Origin: Octopus sinensis
Lineage: Eukaryota
Reading direction: 5' to 3'
DNA length: 38,727 nucleotides
Assembly (NCBI RefSeq): GCF_006345805.1
Contig: NW_021835775.1
Span: 1-38,727 of the forward strand
The translations under genes and the position numbers were made by a program. Under the pieces are notes generated by a model. The model worked only from the letters and a program-made list of their open reading frames with translations, was not told the DNA's origin and did not search any database. Shown here piece by piece: positions 10,893 to 23,975 of this stretch. Each line of letters opens with the position of its first letter. Within the stretch, counting starts at the first letter, position 1.

Positions 10893-11736
10893 GGTGGGGA
10901 ACCTATAATTAGTTCTTTAGTCAAGTCTGGTTAAATGCAATCAGGGTTGATTTAAGACAAAAGCAGGAACAACGTCAAAATGTTCACAACAATGGACCGT
11001 TCCTAACTTTATCCACATAACTCAAACATTTGTATTCCAAGCTCTTCAATCTCCTTTCTCCTTGGTCGTTCTCTCTCCTTTCTCCACTCTCCGTTTGTGT
11101 CTATATTTTTCTCCCTTTTCTTTCCTCTAGCTATCTCTCTTTCCTCATCTCTCTTTTTCTTCCTCTCTCTATGGTGACAGGAGTCTATCATTAATTTTAG
11201 AAACACGATCCAACGTGATGCATCTCTGGAAAGAGCGATATACGACTTTACCGACGACTAATCTATAGATTCCAGTTCCATTTTCTCAAAGTAATTGAAA
11301 ATATATTGACAAACTCCGCTTCCATCATCTTGCTTCGTTCTATCCTCTTTCTGTGCAACTACCTGTACAGTTCCTGAAGTTATAGTTCCTCTATGCCACA
11401 AACATTTATCAATCCAATTCTATGCGTCCACCATAATTTTTTTCTCCTTTATTTTTTCTTCATATTCGGCGAGATTAAATTTCATTTGTTGACAACCGTT
11501 TCTTTTAACCACGACATAATGTACAGATTTGTACTTTTGTTTTCTTGTTGTTTTTGATCACAATTATTTCTGTCGTATTTAACTTCCTTCTCTGCTAAAA
11601 GGCAATGGTTTCTCATTTTGGAGAATTTCGAAGAAAGAAATTCTGTTGCATTTAAAATCAGCAAAGGCTTCAAGAGGTGTTCACATACGATTTTTAAGCT
11701 AAGTTGTCCCATCCATGTTCTTTTTTTAAATCAATA

Positions 11737-12104
11737 CTAGCAGTATCGCCCGGCGTTGGTCGGGTTTGTAAGGGAAATAAGTATATATAGCCAAAAAATG
11801 CATTAAAAATGGAAAAAAAAATTATGGCAAATTTTTTAAAAATCGTTGACTCATCGTAGACATTTTTAGAGAGTTACTTCCCTTATATAATAGCGAAAAA
11901 ATGCATCGAAATGGAAAAAAATGATGGTAAATTTTTTTAAAATCCTAGACTCATCGTAGATGCGCGCTAATACCCAGAAGGGCTCGATATGAATCACGAC
12001 TATAAGATACCCGGTTTTGGTTAAACTGCACCGCAAAATGTGGGAGTAGTTAGGAATCTAAATCGTAGGAGACAGACACACAACTTCACTTTTATATATA
12101 AAGA
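11737..12104 (-). mobile_element. Non-autonomous Helitron, copy 1
   Basis: Minus strand starts TCTTTATATATAAAA and ends with hairpin CCCG...CCGGG + CTAG, followed by T. Confidence 0.85.
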
Positions 12105-12621
12105 CTAGCAGTATCACCCGGCGTTGCTCGGGTTTGTAAGGGAAATAACTATATAAGCATTTTTAGAGAGTTACTTCCCTTATAGATGCCAATTCGGGCT
12201 TTCTTAGCCATTTCTGTTTTGGTGTCTTCAAGCCATGAAGTTGTTGTTCTAAAAGAACGCTGGTGTCATTGACAGTGCATTACGACGTTGATTTCCTTAC
12301 ACTCCCTTCCCCACAGCTTCACGAGGGAGGGAAGAAGGGGGAGAAGCAAACACAGGTGTAGGTGTTTGAGCGTGGACGCCAACTCCGCCGCCATCGACAC
12401 ACGAAAAATTATGCATTAAAATGGAATAAAAAATGATGTTAAATTATTTTTAAAATCGTAGACTCATCGTAGACGCGCGCTAATAGCCAGACGGGATCGA
12501 TATTAATCACGACTATAAGATACCCGAATTTGGTTAAACTGCACCGCAAAATGTGGGAGTAGTTAGGAATCTAAATCGAAGGGGACAGACACTCACACAA
12601 CTACAGTTTTATATATAAAGA
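12105..12621 (-). mobile_element. Non-autonomous Helitron, copy 2, head-to-tail with copy 1
   Basis: A|TC start at 12621; its CTAG end abuts the TC of copy 1. Carries an extra ~218 bp (12185-12403). Confidence 0.85.
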
Positions 12622-13209
12622 TATCTCAGTCTGACCGCTCTATTGCTGAGCGTGTGCCGATAGAGCTCCGACTCAGCCCTTTCAGTCCTGCACTGAAACA
12701 AGGTTTATTTGTCACTCTATCAATACAGTTTCTTTGTACATCTGTGAATTCATCACTAAATAAACTAAACAAAGAAACAAACAAACAAAGGAGACTCTAC
12801 ATGGTGACTATAGCTACTAGTATTAGTAAGAACTTCAAACCATACCCTTTCGTCTTAAAGGAAAGGTAGATATCAGGTGCTACACCTGATGTATAGCAAA
12901 TACGCAAGCATAGTAGTAGAGAAGTATGTGATCAGAAGTCAGCTCGAGTAGAGCTGATCTGCAGCTAAACAACAAGTAACTTCCAGTTGCTCTGGTTCCT
13001 TCACTGTCCCCAATAAGTCTCCGCTACTTTTGTTTTACCGTATGTTCCGACTGACAGGTCAAATTTTTTAGATAAAAATCTACAAGTTTACAGCTAAAAA
13101 AAGGTAGGTCGACTTATACACCAAGACGACTTTAGAACATCAAATACAGCAGAATTTGGAAAGATAGTGATGATGTTTGAAGGTTTACACTACATGTTTG
13201 TACTACATA

Positions 13210-13749
13210 CCGTAAATCTTCGAGTATAATCCGCATTTCGCCCCCAAAAATTTAAAGGTAAAAATCCCTAGTGCGTACTATATACGAGGTTAAGAATGAA
13301 AATTATTTTCTAAGCAATGTCTGAGTCTCTATTTACTTTCCGGCAATGTTTATTCAGACGCATTTTGTGATGTCGAGCGTGAAATACCTTAAGCTAAGCC
13401 TGAAAGCAATGAAGTTATAAAAGAATCATCCATAACTTACAGTAAACAACATTTATTAAACGCAATTACTGTTATTACTGCTACTTCTTTATTTTCTGCA
13501 AACAAAATGCACAAAAAAGCTACACGTTTGCATTATTTATGTTATATGTAAAATAATAATAATAATAATAATAATAAAGGACGTTACCGTATACATTTTT
13601 ACAAACCAAGGACGTTATATAGACCTCCTTGACTCAAGTTAGAGAAGGGGTGCGTACTATACACAAGACTTAGGTTTTTCAGAGGTACAGCCCCCTAAAA
13701 ATCCACTGCGTATTATACTCAGGGGCGGACTATATTCGAGGATTTATGG
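13210..13749. mobile_element. pogo/Tigger-like MITE, 540 bp
   Basis: TA|CCGTAAATCTTCGAGTATAATCCGC...GCGGACTATATTCGAGGATTTATGG|TA; repeated subterminal GCGTACTATA motifs. Confidence 0.85.
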
Positions 13750-15532
13750 TACTACATCAAATTCTATGCCGATAAAAAAATACGCTAGCTGTCTCTGGTG
13801 GCATACATGCTTTAGTCCTGGCCCAACCGAAACAGCTAGGCATGTCTCTCTATATTCCATACTCAATAAAGTTTCAATTCTCCTTTCGAAGTGATTTACT
13901 CTAATTGTACTACAACTACTCAGATACAAAAAAGGTCTGCAAGATCTGGAAATTTTTTCTACCTACATTAACACTCGACGCTGTTCTTATACGATCTCTC
14001 TCCGAACCGCAACTATCAAACTGCAGAAATCCTCATCTAAAGAATATTCCCCAACTTCTTAGAACCTTCTTTCCTTTTACTTCACAATCGAGAACAGTAC
14101 ACGTACTGTAACAGTTTCCACTTCCTCACCTCCTTTGCAGCAACTCCACACTCCCAATCTTCTACACTTACAAATCCCTCGCTTTGCGTCTATGGAATAC
14201 TTGCCACCGCGACCTACAGCATCTGTTCCCTTGTAGATGATATCACATTTTATTTTGTCCTTTGCTTATCCAAAGCACACATCATCCGCATGCAACCTAG
14301 AAACCACATGCTGAACCCGCACAGATTCCATGAACAGAGATTCAGCTAATGGCGGTATGTTGATCTTGTCTATTTCAACAGTAAGACAATAGAAACGTTA
14401 TTCCTATCTAAAAAAAAAAAACGCCATCGTACCGACCGCTACTTGAACATGAGCAGCTCGCAGTTGAGCTCCAAATGTCCAGTAAGATCCGACAGTCTTC
14501 AACCATTCTTCAACCAGTCTTCAACCAGTACAGACATGCTTCTTTTTCTATCTTTGTCTCTTCTTTCACAATTTAAAGAAGCCCTTCTCATATCAACCAG
14601 CTAACTGCATACATGCGCCGCTGCGTTAACTCGACAAATTTGCTTCTTTCCCTCTCATTACCCCCTATTTATCACGCACTAAAGACTTCTTTAGTTAGTA
14701 TCATTGATTATACTCTTTCATGTACTAATTTAGTAGTCAAAATAATTCATTATTCGATAATGATTAAACTTTGTTTAGGAAAAGTAAAACTGAGTGAAAG
14801 CTCTCCTAGCAACATATCAATACGATATGTATTCACTATTATTCATAATCTTTAGAAAGTGATAATTCTTGTTTATTAGTTACTAACTGGTAAGTGATTC
14901 AAACAAATATTCAATAATCATGAATTATCTTTACGAACTCCAAACATAAAATATATATTTTTTAATATTAACTAGAGTGTCAAAACAGTGAAGTGGTACA
15001 TCCAGTTTTACAGCGAAAATGTTTCACTTCGTACGTTTCAGGTTCAAATTTCGTTAAGGATCTTTGCCTTGTTGAATTGTTCAAAACGGTTTAATTATTT
15101 ATATGTGCTACATTAGATGAATTGAGTTAACGATATGCATATATATATATATATATGTATGTATACATACCTACATACATAGATGCATACATACGTACGC
15201 AACCTTTAAATCTCTTGCACCACGACGTGAACTACTCTCTGCTAAATTTTCTTTCTGATGAAGTGAGGTGATATTACGGTAATGTCTTTATGCATCAATC
15301 TACTGGTTGCATATCCATGACATTTTGTACAGTCTATCTGCTAATTATGAACATTACTTAATTCAGAGTTCCCAGAAACTGGAGTAGAAACTGTCGAGTA
15401 CAAATCTATATATTCTCCCCTTGGTTTTCTGTATATTTTATGCTCCATGTAAAAGTAAATTATTTTGTCAAAATATATAAATAACTGTATGCTAGTACAT
15501 ATGCGTTTATCTTCTGAATATAATTAGTTTAT

Positions 15533-15760
<228 letters not shown>

Positions 15761-16558
15761 TAAACTTATATGTATATATATGTGTACATGTATGTATGTA
15801 TTTATGTATGTAGGTATGTATGCATATTTATATCTATCAATCCTAATCGTGTTTATTTGCATCACCATATATATACATATATGCTTACATCATAGACAAT
15901 GGAAGCTAGGACATAGTTTCAGTTTCCAACAGAACCAACAAGATTATATTTTCACCACTGTTACTCCTTGGTAAGCTTTGGTCGTGACATCACCTGAAAT
16001 ATTTAATATAACACTAACATCATCAAAATCAGCCGCGCTTCAACCACCAACAATAAATCCATTGGCTTTCAGTGGGAATCATTTGCAACCGAAGAAGGTA
16101 CCCATATTCTTTCTTTTTCTCTGAGGATTCGAAGCTAGAAACGACGCCTACGAAATTTTCAAGCTTTCCCAGGCCGCCTAGATTGATGTCATTAATGTTC
16201 CACTTTCAGGAGAGACTTGAATGGGGTGTGAATTCAGAGGGCTTCTAAGCTAAGTGTATCGATTAATGCCAGGACCTGGGGATGGAGGTTGGAAATAACA
16301 AGGGTGATGAGAAATGAAGAGAGGAATGGGTTGGGAATGTTTGAGCGAGTCATTCGTTGGGATACGGTCATGTCTATGTTAATAGCTTTTGCCAAGAGTG
16401 ATCCTCAGAGATAGTGTGGTCCATTATTTGGAGCAATGGTGCTGATCCTGTTTAAGAAGGGACTAATGCGATGGTATGTTCGTGATGTGAATAGCGTTAT
16501 TGTTTTCTTGTTGCTGAAAATGGCACGATTGACATATTCTCATTAGATGTTTGGCGCG

Positions 16559-16627
16559 TAAGCCGGGAGTGGATCTAACGCGCAGTATCTAAGCCGGGAG
16601 TGGATCTAACGCGTAGTATCTAAGCCG
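16559..16627. repeat. 31-bp tandem repeat, 2.2 copies
   Basis: TAAGCCGGGAGTGGATCTAACGCG(C/T)AGTATC starting at 16559, 16590 and 16621. Confidence 0.9.
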
Positions 16628-17094
16628 AGAGGAAGTTTGGGACTGCTGGGGGAGAAATTAAAGGTAGTGTCATATGCATAAGAATGGACGTTGCTGGATG
16701 TATTGGTAAGTAAATCATCGATGTATAGAAGACGAAGAATAAGAGACAAAACAGAACCTGAGACGTTTGAATTGATAGAATGAGGGACGGAAACAGTTTC
16801 GTCAACACACCGGGCATTCGTGCATTCTGATAGAAATAATTAGAAACTTTCAACCTATAGCTTCCACCTATCTCTCATTTCTTGGGTGTCTACCGATCGA
16901 AGAGCTGAAAGACAATTGTATCCCACAGGTGGGCAGTTTCAATACGAGATACGTATTGTCGATGCGAGAGAAAACTTTGCTCGTGTTGAGCATATCAAAA
17001 AAAGATATGTTTTTAAAACAGAAATAAAGTTTAAAAGAGACGTAAAGGTACATAAAGTAAATTACATTTTTGATTTTGATTTTTTTTTTTGATT

Positions 17095-17335
17095 TTTCCA
17101 GTTTCAGCTCATGAGCTGTGGCCATGCTGGGGCACCGCCATTTAATATTTTTTTTCACTTCTAGCGGCATTTCGTCCGTCTTTGCGGTCTTGGTTCAAAT
17201 GCTGCTGGTGTCAACTTACCTTACATTGTTTTGGGATCGGTAAAGTAACAGCCAGCTGAATATTGATTGTGGTCGGTTTTATCGCCTTAGCTCTCCTTCG
17301 AACTTACTGATCTTGCACCAAAACTTGAAACCAAT
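17095..17335. mobile_element. SINE-A 3' end fragment (minus) next to a decayed SINE-B (plus)
   Basis: GTTTCAGCTCATGAGCTGTGGCCATGCTGGGGCACCGCC is the reverse complement of the SINE-A tail; then GCGGCATTTCGTCCGTCTTTG...GGTTCAAAT. Confidence 0.65.
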
Positions 17336-17925
17336 ATTTAGTCCCAGGAAACACTTGACCGGCGAGACCGAGGATCAAAATTATTCAGGTCATGACCATC
17401 CCTTCTTTTGTTTTCATGAAATGTATCACCAAAAACACAGTATTTACTGTGCCCTTTTCCAAGGTTGTATTTTGAGGCTGGTTTGGCTGCTATTTCAAGC
17501 CGGCTGAGCGACTACATGGTGTGTGTTTTTCGCTTGCTCAAATGATTGTTGTATTAGCTTGTGTTGCCGACATTATTGAAAAATCGTAGTTTGAAGAAGC
17601 CATTGAAAGTTATACAATACTAGATACTTTCATGGCATCTAGAACGGTGAGACTGTCATTTCTGATTCTTCGTACAAGCACATTTTTCATCGACATGAAA
17701 TGATAAGAGCAAGTTCCAGTGCTGACGACCTAATGTTTTAATTTCTAAATTCAGACTGATAATTTTTGGTGAATAAATCAGAGATTAGCAAGAGAGAAGT
17801 TAATGCGAACAGGTATTTTATGAGAGCATTCTTTCCATTTCATTCAAATTTTAATCAATTCAACTTGCTTCCACAAGTTAAAATCAAATGTGGTATGTAT
17901 ATATAATATATATATATATATATAT

Positions 17926-17966
<41 letters not shown>

Positions 17967-17977
17967 CTGTATGTATG

Positions 17978-18009
<32 letters not shown>

Positions 18010-18010
<1 letters not shown>

Positions 18011-18210
18011 TTGTAAGCAATAAAAAAGAAACAAATTCAATTAAGACATACACACTGAATATATTACACTGACGTTCTGTAAAAGTCTAAGAAGGAAAAA
18101 TAGAAGTGGAAATGACGTTTCGAACATGGCTCTTCGTCGGAAAGAAGAAAAAGCCCAGAGAGGAGCAAAAGGCGAAGGAGCAGATAGCCCTGAGTGAAGT
18201 ATATATATAT
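18010..18210 (-). repeat. Interspersed ~200-bp repeat with a hammerhead-like relic; inverted partner at 25252-25441
   Basis: Near-identical reverse complement of 25252-25441; contains CCGACGAAGAGCCATGTTCGAAACGTC. Confidence 0.85.
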
Positions 18211-18915
18211 ACATACGTACACAATGTTGGAGACTTAACGCTTAATTCAATACATTACATTGCTTAAATATTGGAAATGTTGTTCATAATTCGCCAATAT
18301 CATATATCAGTAATTACGCTGACATCGATTTATCTTTCTGGAAAAAGTCTACCAAACAACTTCGAGCAGGAAGAAAAGAAAATCTTTTATGCATTATGTA
18401 TTTCATTGCTCGGTTGCAGAAAGCAAACAAAACCGAAGTTTGTTAATTTCATTGCAAACTGGGTCTCATACAAACAAACTGGACGAAAACAAACGAAGAC
18501 ATGAATATGAACATGAGTCTAAACAAGAAAGATAAACCAAGAAATACATTGTTGAAATACGTGAGATATGGGGAAGTGAAGCGTAATGACGTTAAGAAAC
18601 AGTTTAAAAATCATCATCATCATATATCATATATATATATAAATATGGATTAACTCTCTTCATTTGTTTGCTGTTTTGTAAAGCGTGTTCGAGTATGATG
18701 CAGCCGGATAGGCCTGTAATTTATGGGTTGATGATCATTTGGAAAATGTATCGATCCCTGGTGATCGATTTGTTCACTTTGTAACATAATTGATTATTCG
18801 TTACAAAACACATTTCATAGATTAAGCGAAAAGAACTCCTACATAGTTGGCCGATCTGCTAGATGCAGTAGTGAAATCGTCCTCAAATTATAATCAACTG
18901 CCTTAAAGAGTGGGA

Positions 18916-18957
<42 letters not shown>

Positions 18958-18962
18958 TATAT

Positions 18963-19167
18963 AAAAGGAAATGAAGAAAATGCTGACAAATAATTGAAGT
19001 AATTTAAGTAATTTAATTAGGTGAAAGTCTTTTTACCGGTTGCGCATTTGTTATGCTTAACATATTTTGATAAGCATAACAAATGCGCAACCGGTAAAAA
19101 GAACTTTCACCTAATAAATTACTTAAATTACTTCAATTATTTGTCAGCATTTTCTTCATTTCCTTTT
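18963..19167. repeat. Near-perfect palindrome (~97-bp arms, 11-nt loop)
   Basis: Arms 18963-19059 and 19071-19167 are reverse complements apart from two 1-nt indels. Confidence 0.95.
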
Positions 19168-19207
19168 TTATATATCACCACTCGTGTTCGACATCTCCTT
19201 TTTTTAA

Positions 19208-19242
<35 letters not shown>

Positions 19243-19341
19243 ATATATATATATTTAGATTAATGTTCTTCGTTTAGTTTGTCTTTTTATATACAGTTTT
19301 CTATTTGTCGAACATAAAGAAACACAACATAAGCAATAGAT

Positions 19342-19702
19342 GTAGGAGTGGCTGTGTGGTAAGTAGCTTGCTTACGAACCACATGGTTCCGGGTTCAGTC
19401 CCACTGTGTGGCAACTTGGGCAAGTGTCTTCTACTATAGCCTCGGGCCGACCAAAGCCTTGTGAGTGGATTTGGTAGACAGAAACTGAAAGAAGCCCGTC
19501 GTATGTATGTATGTATGTATGTATGTATGTATGTATGTATGTGTGTGTGTATGTGTTTGTGTTTGTCCCCCCCCAACATTGCTTGACAACCGATGCTGGT
19601 GTCTTACGTCCCCGTAACTTAGCAGTTCGGCAAAAGAGACCGATAGAATATGTACTAGGCTTACAAAGCATAAGTTCCGGGGTCGATTTGTTCGACTAAA
19701 GG
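19342..19702 (+). mobile_element. SINE-A, 3'-truncated
   Basis: Aligns with 564-905; internal (TATG)n. Confidence 0.88.
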
Positions 19703-20142
19703 AGTATATCCTGTAAGTTTGGATATACTCCCTAATATATATATATACATATACACACATATATATATATCACACACATATCTATCTATCTATCTATCTA
19801 TATATATATATATATATATGTAAACAGTAAAAAATAAATACAGACATGGACAAGAACATGAAACACCAAAGAGACGACACAAGAACCACAGGACGGGACA
19901 TTCGAAGCCCTCAGTCATCAGTCAAGAACCAGATCATCTTCGCAATTTCGGCTGATTAATCTTGAGATTGCTCCGATCTGGGCAGCTCCCAAAGGAAAAT
20001 CTAAGCCAAGCGCATTAGATCCCTTGGAAGAAAGCTTCGAATGTATACAACACAAGGACGGAAAACGAACGAAGTACACGAACAAAAATACAGAATACGT
20101 GACACCAATAACAATACAAAAACGTAAAAACAATAACGGTAA

Positions 20143-20176
<34 letters not shown>

Positions 20177-20178
<2 letters not shown>

Positions 20179-20420
20179 GAGGCGCGTAGCTTAGTGCTTA
20201 GGGTGTCAGCATCATGATCGTAAGATTGTGGTTTCGATTCCTGGACCGGGCGACGCGTTGTGTTCTTGAGCAAAACACTTCATTTCGCGTTGCTCCAGTC
20301 CACTCAGCTGGCAAAAATGAGTAACACTGCGATGGATTGGCGTCCCGACCAGCTGGGGATCACATACGCCATTGAAACCGGGAAATCGGGCCCATGAGCT
20401 TGGCTAGGCTTTAAAAGGGC
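20177..20420 (+). mobile_element. tRNA-derived CORE-type SINE (SINE-D group)
   Basis: GGAGGCGCGTAGCTTAGTGCTTAGG...GGTTTCGATTCC, then GTGTTCTTGAGCAAAACACTT and CAGTCCACTCAGCTG. Confidence 0.8.
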
Positions 20421-20730
20421 GCATTTATTATTTTTTTTATTCAAACATACATACATATAGATAATACAGGTATACATGTACATATATGCACAGAGACTTC
20501 GCAACAAAATAAACAGTACGAAGAAAGATAAGAACTGAATACAGTGCACTAGAATAATATGTCAATCATTTTTTAGGAGAACCATCACTAATTACCACCT
20601 CGATTTTTCTCGTTTTACCTATCACTCAGTCAATAAAGAAACCAATCTACTGATTATTTATATCCGTAACGGAATCCATTGAATAAGAGATGAATATAGA
20701 CAATATAAAAGTTTAATATTTGGTTGAAGC

Positions 20731-21347
20731 AAGGCGGCGAGCTGGCAGAAACGTTAGCACGCCGGACGAAATGCTTAGCGGTATTTCGTCTGCCGCTACA
20801 TTCCGAGTTCAAATTCCGCCGAGGTCGACTTTGCCTTTCATCCCTTTCGGGGTCGATTAAATAAGTACCAGTTACGCACTGAGGTCGATATAATCGACTT
20901 AATCCGTTTGTCTGTCCTTGTTTGTCTTCTCTGTGTTTAGCCCCTTGTGGGTAGTAAAGAAATAGGTACTTCGCCTGCCGCTACGTTCTGAGTTCAAATT
21001 TCGCCGAGGTCGGCTTTGCCTTTCATCCATTTCGGGGTCGATTAAATAAGTACCAGTTACGCACTGGGTCGATATAATCAACTTAATCCGTTTGTCTGTC
21101 CTTGTTTGTCCCCTCTGTGTATAGCCCCTTGTGGGCAGTAAAGAAATAAGAAACGTTATACAAACTGGGCGAAATTTTTCGCGGTATTTCATCTGTCTTT
21201 ACGTTCTGAGTTCAAATGCCGCCGAGGTCGACTTTGCCTTTTATCCTTTCGTGGTCGACAAATTAAGTAACAGTTGCGTACTGGGGTTGATCTAATCGAC
21301 TGGCCCCTTCCCCCCAAATTTCGGGCCTTGTGGCTAGAGTTGAAAAG
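20731..21347 (+). mobile_element. Three nested or tandem SINE-B units bounded by one 16-bp TSD
   Basis: Units start at 20731, 20965 (GGTA) and 21149 (AGAAACGTTA). AATATTTGGTTGAAGC at 20715-20730 and 21348-21363. Confidence 0.9.
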
Positions 21348-21447
21348 AATATTTGGTTGAAGCACATTCAGCATAATTCAATGTTGTCTGACGGTTACCT
21401 GTAAAAGGTTTAGAAATAATTCAAAAAGAATTTCTATGTACCCGACC

Positions 21448-21760
21448 TACGATGACTTTCGTAAAGTTTTGGCAGAGGGTTCAAGAACAGATGTCATATA
21501 TCTAGACTTTAGCAAGGCCTTCGACAGAATCGACTTCAACAGTCTGTTGTTAAAACTACTCTACATTGGGATCCCTGGGAAACCACTGCATTGGTTTAAA
21601 TTGGTGTAAATTTTTCTTGCTACGTAGAACCAATGTTTGATGAAGTCTAGCATAAATTACTCGTGCTGTCTTTAAGGAACGGCTTTCGGTCCGTATAAAT
21701 GATATTACATTGTCACCAAAGACAGTAACGTTCATAGACTACTCTAAGCTTCAGAAGACC
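21448..21760 (+). pseudogene. CR1-clade LINE RT fragment
   Basis: YDDFRKVLAEGSRTDVIYLDFSKAFDRIDFNSLLLKLLYIGIPGKPLHWF, followed by decayed QG...GP and YINDI motifs. Confidence 0.85.
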
Positions 21761-21919
21761 AGCAAAGAAATTGATTACCGAATAAAACTGATAAAAATGC
21801 TGTTTCAATGATATCAACAATATGTTTTGAAATAAAGAATACGTAACTAAAGAGAAAGAAATATGAGCTCATGTACTCTGGAAAAGATGATGTGCTTAAC
21901 TATATTGCCTCTTCTCATA

Positions 21920-22082
21920 AAGGGCGGCGAGCTGGCAGAAACGTTAGCGCACCGGGCGAAATGCTTAGCGGTATTTCGTCTGTCGTTACGTTCTCAGTTC
22001 GAATTCCGCCGAGGTCGACTTTGCCTTTCATCCTTTCGGGGTCGATAAATAAAGTACCAGTTACGCACTGGGGTCGATGTAC
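21920..22082 (+). mobile_element. SINE-B, 3'-truncated, lying between CR1 fragments
   Basis: GGCGGCGAGCTGGCAGAAACGTTAGC...GCACTGGGGTCGATGTA. Confidence 0.88.
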
Positions 22083-22179
22083 ATTTTAAAATATTATGAG
22101 AATTGAGGCATACCAGAAGGAAACTAAAATGAAATAAAAACAAAATAAATTTTATGAAAAATCTTGTTGAATAGTATTG

Positions 22180-22260
22180 TCTCAAAATATTTAAACTGTA
22201 TTCTCTCCAACGCTGCTTTCAGCGCTACATCATTCATACAACATGGAAAATGCTTGGCCA
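22180..22260 (+). pseudogene. CR1 ORF2 C-terminal remnant
   Basis: LKIFKLYSLQRCFQRYIIHTTWKML resembles the CR1 L..L.LYSL.RRRERY.II..WKIL motif. Confidence 0.55.
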
Positions 22261-22539
22261 ATATTGTTCTTAAAGTTCCAGAATCTCCTAAATCAGGATC
22301 CTGTGTTAAAGGGCCTTGTGAATGCATAATTCTCTTTGTGAAGACTTCATATATGTGGCTGAGGATTTCAGAGACAATTTCAACATTTAAGACAATTCTC
22401 AGACCAAATCACTGTAGCACATTATGATCTGGGTGGATCATTGAATTAGAAGTATAGGATTAGAGAGAGAAAGAGGGAGAGTGGGAGAGAGAGAGAGGGA
22501 GGGAGGGAGGCAGAGATGGAAGAGAGAGAAAGAAGAAAG

Positions 22540-22680
22540 ATTCGAACTCAGTACTAGAGTTGTACATTTTTTAGCAACCTCGAAAGGATGGAAGACATAG
22601 TTGATCTCGGCGGGATTCGAACCTACAAGTTACAGAGCCAGATCGAATATCTAAACAGAAATTCTGTTCCACTCTGACGT
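22540..22680 (-). mobile_element. Decayed SINE-B-like copy
   Basis: Reverse complement contains GGTTCGAATCCCGCCGAGATCAACTATGTCTTCCATCCTTTCGAGG. Confidence 0.6.
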
Positions 22681-23225
22681 CTCTGCTACTTATTTGCTTA
22701 ATTAGTAAGGTTGTAAATAGGACTAACGACTAACGAGTTGTAAAAGGATGACTGCACAGGACCTTTATAAATTGTTTGTAACCTGGTTACCGCTTACTCA
22801 TCTAAAGAATCATTTACATATTAACACATGTTAAAACATGCAAGCATATTCGCATATATATTCCTGTATGCATGCACATATGTATATATTTGTGCTTTTA
22901 TATTCGTATATGCATTTATGTACGTAAACATAATCTAAAAAATAACATGCTAATAGGCACACAGTTATAAGAGAGTGGGCTTAAGTAAGAAACATAACAT
23001 CTGCGAAATAAGTACAGTAAGCATTTCAAGTTAAAGCAGTTAATATTGGCAATAATTTTCTCGGAGTGGAAAAATGGTGTCCAGAGCCATCACCATATTG
23101 ATCACAATTTTCCCATCCTTTTGTAAGTGTTATTTTTGAATTTGCCTTATATTCTTACGCCTATTTTCCGAGTATATATCATTATTTTACGTTATAATTA
23201 TTTGTTTCGTTTATGATTTTTAATT

Positions 23226-23371
23226 TATATATATATATACATATGAATATATATAATATATGAATATATATATATATATATATATGAATAATATATATAT
23301 ATATATATATATATATGAATATATATATATATATATATATGAATATATAATATATATATATATATATATAA

Positions 23372-23449
<78 letters not shown>

Positions 23450-23485
23450 TATATATATATATATATGATATATATATATATATAG

Positions 23486-23529
<44 letters not shown>

Positions 23530-23619
23530 TATATATATATTATATATATATATATGAATATATATATATATATATATGAATATATATATATATAATATAT
23601 GAATATTATATATATATGA

Positions 23620-23656
<37 letters not shown>

Positions 23657-23834
23657 GAATATATATATATATATATATATATATGAATATATATGTATAT
23701 ATATATATGATATATATATTATATATATATATATGAATATATATAATATGAATATATATATATATGAATATATATATATATATGAATATATATGTATATA
23801 ATATATATATATATGAATATATAATATATATATG

Positions 23835-23865
<31 letters not shown>

Positions 23866-23901
23866 GAATATATATATATTATGAATTATATAATATATAA
23901 T

Positions 23902-23975
<74 letters not shown>

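Noticed and set aside
11200-11450. APE endonuclease-like remnant on the minus strand (RIGLINVCGI)
   Set aside because: One weak motif with many stops; not enough to call.
13760-14230. L2/CR1 3' remnant (YKSLALRLWNT)
   Set aside because: Similarity too faint to support by eye.
15925-15976. Micro-exon ending TTG|gtaagc
   Set aside because: Splice-like signals only; no meaningful peptide or partner exon.
16050-17060. LTR retrotransposon gag or LTR remnant
   Set aside because: No PBS, TG...CA pair or recognisable motif could be verified.
19880-19925. Hammerhead on the minus strand (CTGATGA...CGAATGTC)
   Set aside because: GAAA is broken and stems I and II do not pair; at most a relic.
20715-21363. 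CRISPR-like array
   Set aside because: Repeats are ~185-bp SINE bodies with no spacers or cas genes; eukaryotic context.
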